Shown: positions 30,101-40,211, counted from the stretch's first letter. The stretch is 64,000 nt of DNA from a virus (IMGVR_UViG_3300013947_000022:128001-192000), one strand, 5' to 3'. A program made the numbers and translations. Notes: a model not told the origin generated them from the letters alone.

Positions 30101-30298
30101 TCACCTCCTTTTGTTTTGTTTTCGTTTCTTGTTTCCATTCTTTGTTTTCTTGGGAATCGTAGCAACAAATCCATAAATAAACCCTATGATAGCATTAATG
30201 ATTAGAAAAGCGTCTAAGAAATTAATGCCATAGACATTATTAGGAATATTGCCACAGATTGCATACAAGAAAACAATGATGATAATAGCTACAATCAG
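30101..30298 (-). CDS. 65-aa two-TM membrane protein, probable CTG start
   Basis: GAAAGGAGGT SD; two hydrophobic helices and basic tail. Confidence 0.5.
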   Translation of the reverse strand: MIVAIIIIVFLYAICGNIPNNVYGINFLDAFLIINAIIGFIYGFVATIPKKTKNGNKKRKQNKRR

Positions 30299-30352
30299 AT
30301 AAAACCACCTCCTTTCACATTATAACATCAATGCTGACGGAATACAACCATT

Positions 30353-31093
30353 TTAATCTTCTTGCCCCAACATTTCTTCTTGATAGGCATATTCACCGAA
30401 ATATTTTTTCTCTCCCTCTTTTCGTGCGGTGACAGCTTCTCCTTTAGAATTATATAATCCTAAATTATGTACCACTCCTTTAAAAGTAATTTGTGCTTTC
30501 CATTTTCCATTTTTCTTTGGATAAACACCACGAATTTTTTCTCCCTCATAGGGTAAACGATTATAATTATTTTGAGCAAGAGTTACAATTCGCATCTTAG
30601 ACTTTCTGTTGTCTTTTACATCATGAAAAATATGGTCCACCTGCATTTCATCTGGGCAATTCATGATAATTCGATGTAATAAAACAATTTTAGTTTCGTG
30701 TGGTTGTGTTATATCCCTTGCTACAATATAACCATTTTTACTATTATCTTCTCTCCAACAAAATTGTTTTATTTTATCAAAATCTTCCAAATCAAAAAGA
30801 AAAGGGACATTAGTATTTGTTGTATATCCAATTCCATATTCTCCTGTAAGGTCATATACATTTGTTTTTGAATTTGCTTCTATTGTGGTTTGAATGTTAT
30901 AGCAACCACAAGAAGTAGTATGTCCACTTCTTAAATGAGTTCCTGTAACATTTATTAAATTAGGATTGCCACAAGAACATTCACACCACCAAGTAGGTTT
31001 GTGTTGTCCTTTAGGGGTGATATAATCATCACCCCTATATAAAACTTTAAGTCTACCAAAAGTTTTCCCAGTTAAATCAATAAGTTTACCCAT
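30353..31093 (-). CDS. HNH-AP2 homing endonuclease
   Basis: DLTGKTFGRL, CxCxCG, LHRII..VDH..DNRK, AP2 domain. Confidence 0.85.
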   Translation of the reverse strand: MGKLIDLTGKTFGRLKVLYRGDDYITPKGQHKPTWWCECSCGNPNLINVTGTHLRSGHTTSCGCYNIQTTIEANSKTNVYDLTGEYGIGYTTNTNVPFLFDLEDFDKIKQFCWREDNSKNGYIVARDITQPHETKIVLLHRIIMNCPDEMQVDHIFHDVKDNRKSKMRIVTLAQNNYNRLPYEGEKIRGVYPKKNGKWKAQITFKGVVHNLGLYNSKGEAVTARKEGEKKYFGEYAYQEEMLGQED

Positions 31094-31103
31094 GTTGTCT
31101 CCT

Positions 31104-31709
31104 TTAATGTTTCTTAAAATATACGCTTTGTCCTTTTTTCAACTGCCAACAAGAAGAACAAGAAGAGCACTTTCCTCCACACGGGATAGCGTCTTCAGGA
31201 ATACATTTATTCATCTCAGGCTGTTTAGGAAAGAATACAAAAGTCGTTGGAAAATTGTGCGGATTCGTAGGCATAAAATCTTTCCATGCACTGAAAACAA
31301 TAGTAAGATTTTTAGGGATAAGATGCTTTGCTTCAATATAAGCATTAATAAGCTCATATTTCTTTGTGAAACAAAGATACATAGTATGAGGATTTTTGCG
31401 AGCAACCCAACACATACCCTTAAGATAATTTTCATCAACAATATCTCCAGAACTATGCCAACGACACCGACGATAATCCCCCGTCTGCTCTGCAATCATA
31501 GAAAAGAAAAGTTTAGGATTTTCTTTGTAAGCAAGCAAATTATTTGCTAAACTATTTTGAACTGTCTTATATAAGAAATTGCCGTGACGAGCATAACATT
31601 CTTTAAAACAAGGCGCATCAGGACGACAAGTTACAATAGCGGGAAGGTTGATAGAGGGGATAGCAGCCCCAAGTTTAGAGTTAGTGGTAGAAACATGAAC
31701 AGTAGCCAT
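31104..31709 (-). CDS. phage Gp88-like (radical SAM-related) protein
   Basis: NSKLG, TC..C..CYA and RWHSSGDI motifs. Confidence 0.7.
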   Translation of the reverse strand: MATVHVSTTNSKLGAAIPSINLPAIVTCRPDAPCFKECYARHGNFLYKTVQNSLANNLLAYKENPKLFFSMIAEQTGDYRRCRWHSSGDIVDENYLKGMCWVARKNPHTMYLCFTKKYELINAYIEAKHLIPKNLTIVFSAWKDFMPTNPHNFPTTFVFFPKQPEMNKCIPEDAIPCGGKCSSCSSCWQLKKGQSVYFKKH

Positions 31710-31762
31710 AATGTTTACAACTCCTTAAAAATATTTTTGTTTAGAATTTTTTAAGATTTTGC

Positions 31763-31977
31763 TTGACAAATGGATTAAGATATACTATAATATCATCATG
31801 GAGAGAGGAATTGGTCTCCTCTCTCCTTTGTAACTCATTTTGTTAGTTACGGTGTTTGATGATGAACACTTGGATTACACTCGTAGTATAATCAACAGAT
31901 ATAACTTGCTACATTGAATCACCTCCTTTCACAATGAGTTTGAGGATAAAGACAGAGTTCAAAGCTCTGTCTTTTTT
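31763..31977 (+). ncRNA. cassette 1 antisense RNA (promoter to terminator)
   Basis: TTGACA-17-TATAAT, 5' hairpin, terminator gacagag/ctctgtc+T6. Confidence 0.6.
31843..31914 (-). CDS. amber-containing micro-peptide 1, M*QVISVDYTTSVIQVFIIKHRN (*=TAG)
   Basis: GAAAGGAGG SD; homologous to peptides 2 and 3. Confidence 0.75.
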
Positions 31978-31990
31978 CTTATATTATGCA

Positions 31991-32059
31991 TCACTTAAGA
32001 AATATCTTACCATTTTCAGTAGTAATGGTGTTCTTATAGAGGCAATTTAAGACTGACAT
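31991..32059 (-). pseudogene. duplicate remnant of the methyltransferase C-terminus
   Basis: LNCLYKNTITTENGKIFLK vs DCIRKNTITSKGGKNFLL. Confidence 0.55.
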
Positions 32060-32072
32060 AATTATATTCCTT

Positions 32073-32822
32073 TCAAATATTATATTTTTTAAATAATTCT
32101 TTTTGAGGAGCAAATTCTCCATAATATTCTTTTTCTGCTTTTAGTCGTTTTACAATAGCATCTTCTTTCTTTTTAAATCTTCCTAAATAGGTACGTTTTT
32201 TATTAATTCTTATTGAAACGACCCATTTCCCGTCTTTGGCTTGATATATTCCCGTTATTCCAGAAGTGTTGTTCTTTCTTATTTTTACGTTCATCCCATT
32301 TTCAGAGACGGAAGCAATACGAAGATTAATTTTGCGGTTGTCTAAAGAATTTTGATTTTCGTGGTCGTAAATTGTTTTGTTTTTCTTGTCTTTACCTTTC
32401 ATAATAAAATTGCTCATAGTATAATTAGTATTGTTAATACAAGTACGAAGATAAAGATAGCCATTTGTTCCTTTTTGAACCTCCCAGTAATAATTTTTAA
32501 TTTTATCAAAATCTTCTAAATCAAAAAAGAACTGATAACCTTTATCTGTCCAACCTATCCCGTATTCTTCAGTTGTTAAATCATATTTATTTTTCTTTCT
32601 TTCTTTTTCGGCATTTTTCTTCCCTAATTTTTTAATATTCTCTTTTCTCAAACAACCACAACTATTAATACCCCTACCTAAATTACCATTGCTTACAGAA
32701 ATTAATTCTGGATTACCGCAAGAACAAGAACATAACCAATAAGTTGCATTTTTTTCTTTGCTTCTTTTTTCGTCTTTTGCCTCAATGGTTAAACGTCCAT
32801 AAGTTTCTCCAATTTTCTTCAT
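32073..32822 (-). CDS. HNH-AP2 homing endonuclease
   Basis: CSCSCG, DH..DNRK.NLR, NNTSGITG AP2 domain. Confidence 0.85.
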   Translation of the reverse strand: MKKIGETYGRLTIEAKDEKRSKEKNATYWLCSCSCGNPELISVSNGNLGRGINSCGCLRKENIKKLGKKNAEKERKKNKYDLTTEEYGIGWTDKGYQFFFDLEDFDKIKNYYWEVQKGTNGYLYLRTCINNTNYTMSNFIMKGKDKKNKTIYDHENQNSLDNRKINLRIASVSENGMNVKIRKNNTSGITGIYQAKDGKWVVSIRINKKRTYLGRFKKKEDAIVKRLKAEKEYYGEFAPQKELFKKYNI

Positions 32823-33376
32823 AATAAAAAATTCTTTCCTCCTTTAGAGGTAATAGTATTTTTTCTGATGCAATCAGAATTTAATTTGTATTCATTTATT
32901 TTTTGATTTCTTTGATAACAATCCTTTTTTGTTGTTTTCCCAATTCCATCTCCTCTTCCTGCGTAAATACTAATATAATATAAAGATTGCTTTTTGTCAA
33001 GATTAATAAGAAAAGAAAAGTTTCTGATTTTGTTTTGTAACTCATTTAAAACAATATCATCATTAATGACATTCAACACATTGGAGCAGATAACAATATA
33101 GGGCTCACAAGTTAAAGCATCATGGTTTTCATTTTCATCTTTCCAGAATGGGTCATATCCTTTATAGATAAAACCCTTAGTAGCAAGGAAATGCTCAATG
33201 TGGTCAGTATAGCGACCACAACCAAAATCGAGAACAATGGGAGTGCGGTCAAACTTAGTAAGCTTATTCCAACGTTCACGAAGAGCGTCCCAATCCAAGC
33301 GATTATAGATAGCGGGAAGCTTCTTGGAATTGATGGAAGTGTTCTTAGAAGTGATGTCAGACTGAATAATGTACAT
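32819..33376 (-). CDS. class I SAM-dependent methyltransferase
   Basis: VLDFGCGR, YDP, CSNVLNVI. Confidence 0.8.
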   Translation of the reverse strand: MYIIQSDITSKNTSINSKKLPAIYNRLDWDALRERWNKLTKFDRTPIVLDFGCGRYTDHIEHFLATKGFIYKGYDPFWKDENENHDALTCEPYIVICSNVLNVINDDIVLNELQNKIRNFSFLINLDKKQSLYYISIYAGRGDGIGKTTKKDCYQRNQKINEYKLNSDCIRKNTITSKGGKNFLL

Positions 33377-33419
33377 TGTAGTACCTCCTTAAATAAATTG
33401 AATTGTTTGTTAATTTTTG

Positions 33420-33743
33420 TTAATTGGAACGAATCTGTGCTGCGATTTTGTCAATGACAAGACGATATTTATTTGTCATTTTAGGAGACTTATAATTTCG
33501 TCCGTGACGAAAGACATTGATGATATTATAAGTATCATCTGTAAGGCGCAACATATAAGGAGCATTAAATTGAATGAGAACAGAAACATAATCAAAATGT
33601 TCTGTAGGAGTATTAGCTCTCCATTCGATGATATACTTTCCTGTATCAACGACAGGGGCAAAAACTTTAAGTTCTCGCCCAAATTCGTCATGAAGGGTTT
33701 TAAGATAGAAATAATCTCCATAAATAACGTTGTATTTAGCCAT
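33420..33743 (-). CDS. hypothetical protein
   Basis: AAGGAGG SD. Confidence 0.6.
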   Translation of the reverse strand: MAKYNVIYGDYFYLKTLHDEFGRELKVFAPVVDTGKYIIEWRANTPTEHFDYVSVLIQFNAPYMLRLTDDTYNIINVFRHGRNYKSPKMTNKYRLVIDKIAAQIRSN

Positions 33744-33778
33744 GTTTGTAGCCTCCTTAAATTTGTTTTGGACGTTGT

Positions 33779-34054
33779 TTAGACGTCAATAGTAGCAGTT
33801 TCCTCAACGATAAGGAAATCACCAGCGAGGTGAATATCATAGGTTGTGTATGTCTTTCCAGCAAGAGGTTCAACGGGGATAGTATCACTAACATATCCCA
33901 ATTCAGAAAGGAATTCTTGCGCAGCCTGTTGAGTCGTCATGACATCGGTAATATCATACCATTCTTCAATATTATCCAATGTGTAGATATGAAGCTGAGT
34001 TTTGACTTCGCTGTTGTCCAGCCATGCGTAGCCCGTAGAGATATACTTTTTCAT
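33779..34054 (-). CDS. hypothetical protein
   Basis: AAGGAG SD. Confidence 0.65.
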   Translation of the reverse strand: MKKYISTGYAWLDNSEVKTQLHIYTLDNIEEWYDITDVMTTQQAAQEFLSELGYVSDTIPVEPLAGKTYTTYDIHLAGDFLIVEETATIDV

Positions 34055-34075
34055 TTTTTATTTTCTCCTTAAAAA

Positions 34076-34708
34076 TTAGAACAAAGTTTTGATTTGAAGG
34101 TTGCGACATCCACAAACAGCGCAACGATAACGTTGCGGATTTTGAATGAGCTTACAAGCTCTTGCTCTTGTAGCAACAATTTTGTTGCAGTCAGGACAGA
34201 TGATTTGGTATTTTATACCCCCAAGTTGAGCGGAAGCTTCCTTTGCAAACCATGCAGGAGCATCTTCTTCTCTAATGCATCGAGTTACTTTAAACTCTGT
34301 GAAATTGGAAACATAATTAGCCTTATATTTCCATTCGCCTGTATGTTTCATTCCGTCTTTAGTAGCATGAAGAACCTCATGAAGAATTACTTCATGCACT
34401 CCTTTGGGGAGAGCGACTTCAAAATACCGATGGGAGAATGTGAGTACATATTTATACTCATGGTCTCTATGACAAAGACCGATGGATTTGGGTCTGGGCT
34501 TTTCATTCCACTGAAGATAGAACTGGACTTTCTGCATTTGCTTTTCGTGTCCCCAGATATAATCCAACCAGACACAAATTTCATTCACCTCCTTTCTAAT
34601 ATCGTCAAGCGTGTAGTTTGCGGTGTCTTTACGAGAGAAAGACTGAGGGATAAGAGTACGAACAGTAGGCATAAAACTTTCCTCCATTAAAATATAAATA
34701 TTAGACAT
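34076..34708 (-). CDS. SprT-like zinc metalloprotease
   Basis: LHEVLH (HExxH), H..xWK, C-terminal CxxC..YRCxxC. Confidence 0.8.
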   Translation of the reverse strand: MSNIYILMEESFMPTVRTLIPQSFSRKDTANYTLDDIRKEVNEICVWLDYIWGHEKQMQKVQFYLQWNEKPRPKSIGLCHRDHEYKYVLTFSHRYFEVALPKGVHEVILHEVLHATKDGMKHTGEWKYKANYVSNFTEFKVTRCIREEDAPAWFAKEASAQLGGIKYQIICPDCNKIVATRARACKLIQNPQRYRCAVCGCRNLQIKTLF

Positions 34709-34713
34709 TGGTT

Positions 34714-35265
34714 TCAGTTATGGTCGCGAACATCTGCGAAGTGGTCAACAAGGCTTTTAGTTTTAAAATTCATTCTTTCGGTTTTTTCTTCAATTCGGTG
34801 TATAAGTTTGCTACGAAGATTTGTGTAAATGTTATATTCTTCCCAACGAGTGATAAAACCAGCTTTACTAATGCCAAATGCCTGTAAAGAGTTATTAGGA
34901 CTAAAAGTGGGATGAGCAATAGAAAGATTCTCGTTCCACCCACAACCCATAAAATACATACTTTCAGTATTTGCATTAATTGCAATGCTATATTGAATCG
35001 CTGTATCATCTGCGGAATAAAAAACGCGAATAGCGTCGATTTTAGCTTCTTGCATAACCCTAAGAAGAGGCTTAAGCTGTTCGCAAATAGCCATCCATTT
35101 GGCTTCTCCCATAGCTTCGATTTTAGGAGTGTAGAATTTGTCAGCGTTCATGAATTCATTCTTAGCTTCTGTTAGCTTATTCAAAGCCATAGTAAGCTCC
35201 ATATCCTCGTGAGTATCGTATTCGACAGTGACCTTGATGTTGTTGATAGTGTTCTTGATTTCCAT
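34714..35265 (-). CDS. hypothetical protein
   Basis: AAGGAG SD. Confidence 0.7.
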   Translation of the reverse strand: MEIKNTINNIKVTVEYDTHEDMELTMALNKLTEAKNEFMNADKFYTPKIEAMGEAKWMAICEQLKPLLRVMQEAKIDAIRVFYSADDTAIQYSIAINANTESMYFMGCGWNENLSIAHPTFSPNNSLQAFGISKAGFITRWEEYNIYTNLRSKLIHRIEEKTERMNFKTKSLVDHFADVRDHN

Positions 35266-35334
35266 GATAATTCTCCTTTAAATTAAAATTTGTTTTTGGA
35301 TGCTTAAATAAAGGGATAGTTATCTACCCCTTAT

Positions 35335-35751
35335 TCACTTAACTTCAATGTCGTAGAAATCTTCGTCGCAGTGGAAACATTGATAAGTGTATCCATCAAT
35401 CTGGGACGGATAAAGATTACGTCCACATTTGGGACATTTCTTTACAGGGTCACATTCCTCACCTCCATTTTCAAGAAACTCCATTTCATCGTTTGTGATG
35501 ATTTCATTCTCGTTCAAAGCGAAAAGGAGTCCGTCATAAGTTTCGCAGATTTCTTTCTGGAACTCAGGAACGGCTCCAATCTTGCGTTTAATCATTTTCA
35601 CCTCACTTCCATCGACAACAACACAAGGAGTTTCGTCTCCTAAGCTGTTGTTTTCGAGGAGACAATAAACCTTGTCATTGATACGTTTAAAATCAATGAT
35701 GCTCCAAAGACCAAAGTGACCAGAAGTTTTGTAAGTGTTGTCCTTAACCAT
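35335..35751 (-). CDS. hypothetical protein with C-terminal zinc ribbon
   Basis: CPKC..CFHC; AAGGAGG SD. Confidence 0.65.
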   Translation of the reverse strand: MVKDNTYKTSGHFGLWSIIDFKRINDKVYCLLENNSLGDETPCVVVDGSEVKMIKRKIGAVPEFQKEICETYDGLLFALNENEIITNDEMEFLENGGEECDPVKKCPKCGRNLYPSQIDGYTYQCFHCDEDFYDIEVK

Positions 35752-35786
35752 TTTAAAATCCTCCTTAAAATTATTGTTGTTTATGG

Positions 35787-36002
35787 TTAAATCTGAGAAT
35801 AAATATCCCAATTCACATTATAAAGGTAAGAACCCATCATAATGAGAAAAAGCTTACGTTGATTAGATTCTCCCCAAACACGTCTCATACCCGTGATATT
35901 GGGATGAGGACCTGCATTGGGAAAAGTTTCGATATGAGACTTAAGGGCTGGGGAAATGCTGGACTTCTTTGCGTACTTAACAGGATAGACTTTGTTTTTC
36001 AT
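35787..36002 (-). CDS. hypothetical protein
   Basis: AAGGAGG SD. Confidence 0.6.
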   Translation of the reverse strand: MKNKVYPVKYAKKSSISPALKSHIETFPNAGPHPNITGMRRVWGESNQRKLFLIMMGSYLYNVNWDIYSQI

Positions 36003-36016
36003 TTTGATAAACCTCC

Positions 36017-36661
36017 TTAAAGTTCTTTAAAATTTATGGGTAAAATTTCATATTCGTCAATTTTTTCTGGATGAAGTAAATCTTCACAGAAAAAACCATC
36101 ACTTGAGAGAATTTCACAAGCTTTAAGTTCATTCATTGAAAGGCAAGATTTGTTGAAAATGGGGTTGTTAGCGGTTAATCCAGCAATATAGCATAAAGCT
36201 AATTTTGGGAAGAATTCAAACTCGTGAACCTTAAATTTAACTCTTCCTTCTTCAACAAGCTGGTTAAATGTATCCGCCCACATACAGACAGCAGAATACA
36301 TATTGGGACAACTATCATCTGGGACGCAAATATCCTCCCAAGAATTAATAGGTTCATCGAAGCTGTCTGTATAGAACGTAATTTCAAGAACACAAGTCGT
36401 ATCAAATGGATGAGGTAGGCAAGCGTTCTGAATCTGAGCCTGTTCATTACAACGCTCAAGACAATATTGAATTGCTGTTTCGTTGTCATCATCATAGATG
36501 CATTCAGATTTTTTCATAAGAGTAGCATCATGGAAAAAGATAGACGTTCCATCTGATACTGTCCAAGGGTGAATAATATCGTGTAAGTCATTCCCATATT
36601 CACCATGAACGATAGGCTCAACAGAGGATTTAACGCAACCATGATAAAGAGTATAAGACAT
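36017..36661 (-). CDS. hypothetical protein
   Basis: AGGAGG SD, 214 aa. Confidence 0.7.
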   Translation of the reverse strand: MSYTLYHGCVKSSVEPIVHGEYGNDLHDIIHPWTVSDGTSIFFHDATLMKKSECIYDDDNETAIQYCLERCNEQAQIQNACLPHPFDTTCVLEITFYTDSFDEPINSWEDICVPDDSCPNMYSAVCMWADTFNQLVEEGRVKFKVHEFEFFPKLALCYIAGLTANNPIFNKSCLSMNELKACEILSSDGFFCEDLLHPEKIDEYEILPINFKEL

Positions 36662-36702
36662 AATACTAACCTCCTAAATTTTTATGTTTTCTGAAAAAAT
36701 AC

Positions 36703-37017
36703 TTGACAAAAAGGAAAGAGTATGATATACTATTCACAGTGAGAGGGAAAATCCACATTCCCAATACTATGACATGGAAAGGTAATGACAGACCACAGAG
36801 CGCGATATATCCGCAGCTTCAAATAGTATATCATACTCACTATCTCAACTGTTAATTACGGTGTTGATAGATTCCAATTGCGACTGCATTGAACTAATAG
36901 TCAACGCAGATGATTTTCTTCATTTTATCATCTCCCTTCTTAAAATGAAGTTATATGAAAAGGTGTGTGGACACCTTGTTTATGAGTTTGGAGCAAGTGT
37001 AGGCTTGCTCCTTTCTC
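36703..37017 (+). ncRNA. cassette 2 antisense RNA
   Basis: TTGACA-17-TATACT; loops TCCACA / TGTGGA; terminator ggagcaag/cttgctcc. Confidence 0.6.
36852..36923 (-). CDS. amber-containing micro-peptide 2, MKKIICVDY*FNAVAIGIYQHRN
   Basis: GAAGGGAG SD; family homology. Confidence 0.75.
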
Positions 37018-37489
37018 AATCTCTGGGGTCAGGTGCAACATCAATCCAAAGGCCATCTCCCGCATCAGGGTCATGATGAAGCTCAACATTTTCGACGAGC
37101 AAGGTGTCGGAAAGACTATCCCAATTCCAGAACCCCACCGTATCATAGGCGCAATCACAACCGACAATCCATTCTCCTTTAGATGTATCATAAATTGCAA
37201 TCTGCGTTTCCTTAGAAAGAGTGCGAACAAAATCTCCAATGGAAACATAATGGTCAGAATTGTCTGTCTTGTTATCCTTGCCATAAACATAATCAACAGC
37301 AGCCTGAAGATTATCCATGAAATAGTGACCTTGAGCCCAATACTTACGCTGATGGTCGATGCCCCATGCACCGATATATCGAGGAGTTCCATCATTAGTC
37401 CAGTTGCAAAGCAAGGTACGGTCAAGTTTCTTGTTTTCAGCGATAATCTGATAAGTGATGCCATTGTCATTTCTAAACTCTCTAACCAT
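37016..37489 (-). CDS. hypothetical protein
   Basis: GGAGG SD before ATG 37489. Confidence 0.7.
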   Translation of the reverse strand: MVREFRNDNGITYQIIAENKKLDRTLLCNWTNDGTPRYIGAWGIDHQRKYWAQGHYFMDNLQAAVDYVYGKDNKTDNSDHYVSIGDFVRTLSKETQIAIYDTSKGEWIVGCDCAYDTVGFWNWDSLSDTLLVENVELHHDPDAGDGLWIDVAPDPRD

Positions 37490-37524
37490 TTTAAATACCT
37501 CCAAATATTTTTTGTGAATTTTAC

Positions 37525-37788
37525 TTGACAAATGAAAAGAAATGTGTTATAATCAAATCACAATCTAAAAGAGACCTGCAACCTCAGATAGATTGTGACT
37601 TGTGCAAGAAATTAAATTGGTGGATTAATTCCTATGCTTAATAATAACGACCTAACAGGTGTTATAAGTATAATCAATATGTTTGATTTTACTCATGTAG
37701 AATCACTTCCTTTCTCTCTTAAAGAGGGAATTAAGCTTTGCAGGAGCTTAAACTAAAAGACAGGTAGTTTGTGGGCTACCTGTCTTTT
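37525..37788 (+). ncRNA. cassette 3 antisense RNA
   Basis: TTGACA-17-TATAAT; loops CCTGCAA / TTGCAGG; terminator. Confidence 0.65.
37625..37696 (-). CDS. amber-containing micro-peptide 3, MSKIKHIDYTYNTC*VVIIKHRN
   Basis: GAAAGGAAG SD; TAG aligns with CAA (Gln) of peptide 1. Confidence 0.75.
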
Positions 37789-37795
37789 GCTTTAG

Positions 37796-38668
37796 TTAGT
37801 CCTCAATTCCATATTGAGAAAAGAGATGTTTTTGGGGAGCAAATTCCCCAAAAAGTTCCTTTTCTTTTTGAAGTCGGTCTTTTACAGCATCTTCAAAAGA
37901 ACGCCAAGTTTTTCTGTAAATATATCCATTACAAGCTATTCTGGTACGCCAAGTTAAAGTGCCTGATGGTTTTATTTCTTTGTATACTCCAATAACGCCA
38001 CTTGTATTATTTTTAGCTAAAGACATATTGTAACGATTTTCAGCAGAAGATGCTTCTCTTAAATTATTTTTTCTACAATTGGTTACATCTCTATCTTTGT
38101 GGTCTACAATCTTCCATTTAAAATCTGTTACTAAATGATGAAAAGCAATATTTTCTTGGTCAGCAGACCTAAGATAATTCCCATGTTCAGTAACTCGCCA
38201 TGTATGAGTACAAACTTTTTCATAATCTTCTTTATCAAAATAATATTTTGTGTCGCTATTAATTGGAATAACTGCCATTGTTATATCATCTATTATCTCA
38301 TATTTATTTCCCCTTCTATGATTTTGATGAATACCACAAGTAACAATCAATCCGCTTTTTAAATGAGTGGCTCTTACGCTTGTTTGAACACCGCAAGAAC
38401 ATTGGCAAATCCAATAAACTCTTGTTTTTGTTTTGTCTTGTCTTAAAACAGTTAATTCGCCAAAAGTTTTGCCTGTTAAATCTTCAAATCTGCGAGTAGA
38501 ACAACCACAAGATTTTATATGGCCATTTTTAAGTTCACATCCTCTAACTATTTGCGTGTTACCGCATTGGCATTCGCATTCCCATAATTCAGGAACAGTA
38601 GATGATTGTTTTATAACAGTTAATTTACCATAAACATCTCCAATTTTTATTTCTTTATTATTGTCCAC
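37796..38668 (-). CDS. HNH-AP2 homing endonuclease
   Basis: two CxCxCG repeats, VDHKDR..NLR, NNTSGVIG. Confidence 0.85.
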   Translation of the reverse strand: MDNNKEIKIGDVYGKLTVIKQSSTVPELWECECQCGNTQIVRGCELKNGHIKSCGCSTRRFEDLTGKTFGELTVLRQDKTKTRVYWICQCSCGVQTSVRATHLKSGLIVTCGIHQNHRRGNKYEIIDDITMAVIPINSDTKYYFDKEDYEKVCTHTWRVTEHGNYLRSADQENIAFHHLVTDFKWKIVDHKDRDVTNCRKNNLREASSAENRYNMSLAKNNTSGVIGVYKEIKPSGTLTWRTRIACNGYIYRKTWRSFEDAVKDRLQKEKELFGEFAPQKHLFSQYGIED

Positions 38669-38670
38669 TG

Positions 38671-39153
38671 TTAATCTCCTTGTTTATCAATAAATGAAAT
38701 ATTTGCCAAATTGACAGTAATAGTATCGGGTTTTTCTGATAGCTTGTTAAAATAGGAATTTTGCACATATCCAGTAGAAGCTAAAACATCTTTTTTAATT
38801 GGATTACCATTGAGATAATACTTTACTTTTGAATGATTAGGGGTAGAATGCAAAACCACATAAAATTTTGTTTGCCCCTCTTTGTCTGTATGAGTAAGGA
38901 TTCTATCTGACCCGTCTAAATATTCCCCCCATTTTCTTGCTTGGGGAACATATCCTTGTGCCATTTTGTTTTTAACTGCTTTTGTATTAAGGCGATTAAT
39001 TCCCACTCTAAAAGTTCCATAAGTTTTCTTTGTGACAATGATTCCCTCTTTTTTAGCCTTAGCCGTAAGAGGCACATCAGAAACATATCCCATATTAAAG
39101 AAACGTCCCTTGGCAATACGGTTTAACTTGATAATAGCTTCGTTCTTGTTCAT
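38671..39153 (-). CDS. hypothetical phage protein
   Basis: AAGGAG SD. Confidence 0.7.
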   Translation of the reverse strand: MNKNEAIIKLNRIAKGRFFNMGYVSDVPLTAKAKKEGIIVTKKTYGTFRVGINRLNTKAVKNKMAQGYVPQARKWGEYLDGSDRILTHTDKEGQTKFYVVLHSTPNHSKVKYYLNGNPIKKDVLASTGYVQNSYFNKLSEKPDTITVNLANISFIDKQGD

Positions 39154-39206
39154 GATAATTCTCCTTTAAATTAAAATAGACTTTTTATTTGATAAGTAGG
39201 TGAGGC

Positions 39207-40211
39207 TTACGCCGCCTCGCCCACAATATCATACACGCGATTGAGAAGAGGCATACCATTGATAACAGCGGTAAAGCCCATAGGAGTCTTTGCAGTGCGA
39301 AGCGCGACAGGATGGCTTTCAAAGTCCGCTACGGCTTGCAAAGCACGAATTCCACTATTAGTAAAGTTGTCAAGGTCATTAGCCTTATAGCACTTCATCA
39401 GATAATCAATCTGACAAAGGTTACGAATCTGGATAATGTCCTTATCCTCAGCATGAACAGGGAACAGTTCCTTCGCCATCTCAAAGAACTGATTTTCACT
39501 GAAATTAATCTTTGCATATTCCTCACATTCCTTCTTGAATTCCTCAAGATACTGCTTCTGTCCCATAAGAGTGAGACGTGCCGCCTCAAGCTTATGATTC
39601 ATAGAAGAACTGTGACGAATAGTGATTTCGTTCACCATTCCCTTGCGAGCACGAGCAAGACAGTTGGAACAGAAAATGCGAATGCTGACATAGGAAATGG
39701 AGATTGCCCTACTTCCATCATGGGAGTTTTGGAGCAGGAGATAAGGCTTATAATCATCGCCAAGAATATTCATTCCATCCGTACTCATGGTAATGATGTT
39801 CTTAGCTCCATTGGTTCCATAACTTCCTGCGGTTTCAAAGTGAGCACCTTCTTCCACGAGAGAGTCGAGGAAGTCAAAGGCATCCTCGTTATTCAGAATC
39901 TCATAGTTGGGAGAAACAATGCCAAGGGACTGCATGGTATCAGTACGAACCGTTGCAACCTTATCCTTGATTGCATAAGGAGTCTGAATCATAATTTGCT
40001 TATCTCCCATCATCTGAACAACAGGCTGAGTAAACTGCAAGGGGAACTTCTCAACCTTGTAATTGAGTCCAGAAAGTTCGAGAGCCTGAGCAAGATTGCC
40101 AGCAGAGGTGATGTCCTTACCTACACCATCAGTGAAAACAGTACGCTGAACATTATCAAAACGAGAGGCGATAGGAGCAACTTTCTCACTATTGAACTGA
40201 AGAATACCCAT
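39207..40211 (-). CDS. DUF932 / TIGR03299 phage-plasmid protein
   Basis: LGIVS..Y..L.N..AF.F, FETAG, NSHDGS, RIFCSN motifs. Confidence 0.8.
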   Translation of the reverse strand: MGILQFNSEKVAPIASRFDNVQRTVFTDGVGKDITSAGNLAQALELSGLNYKVEKFPLQFTQPVVQMMGDKQIMIQTPYAIKDKVATVRTDTMQSLGIVSPNYEILNNEDAFDFLDSLVEEGAHFETAGSYGTNGAKNIITMSTDGMNILGDDYKPYLLLQNSHDGSRAISISYVSIRIFCSNCLARARKGMVNEITIRHSSSMNHKLEAARLTLMGQKQYLEEFKKECEEYAKINFSENQFFEMAKELFPVHAEDKDIIQIRNLCQIDYLMKCYKANDLDNFTNSGIRALQAVADFESHPVALRTAKTPMGFTAVINGMPLLNRVYDIVGEAA

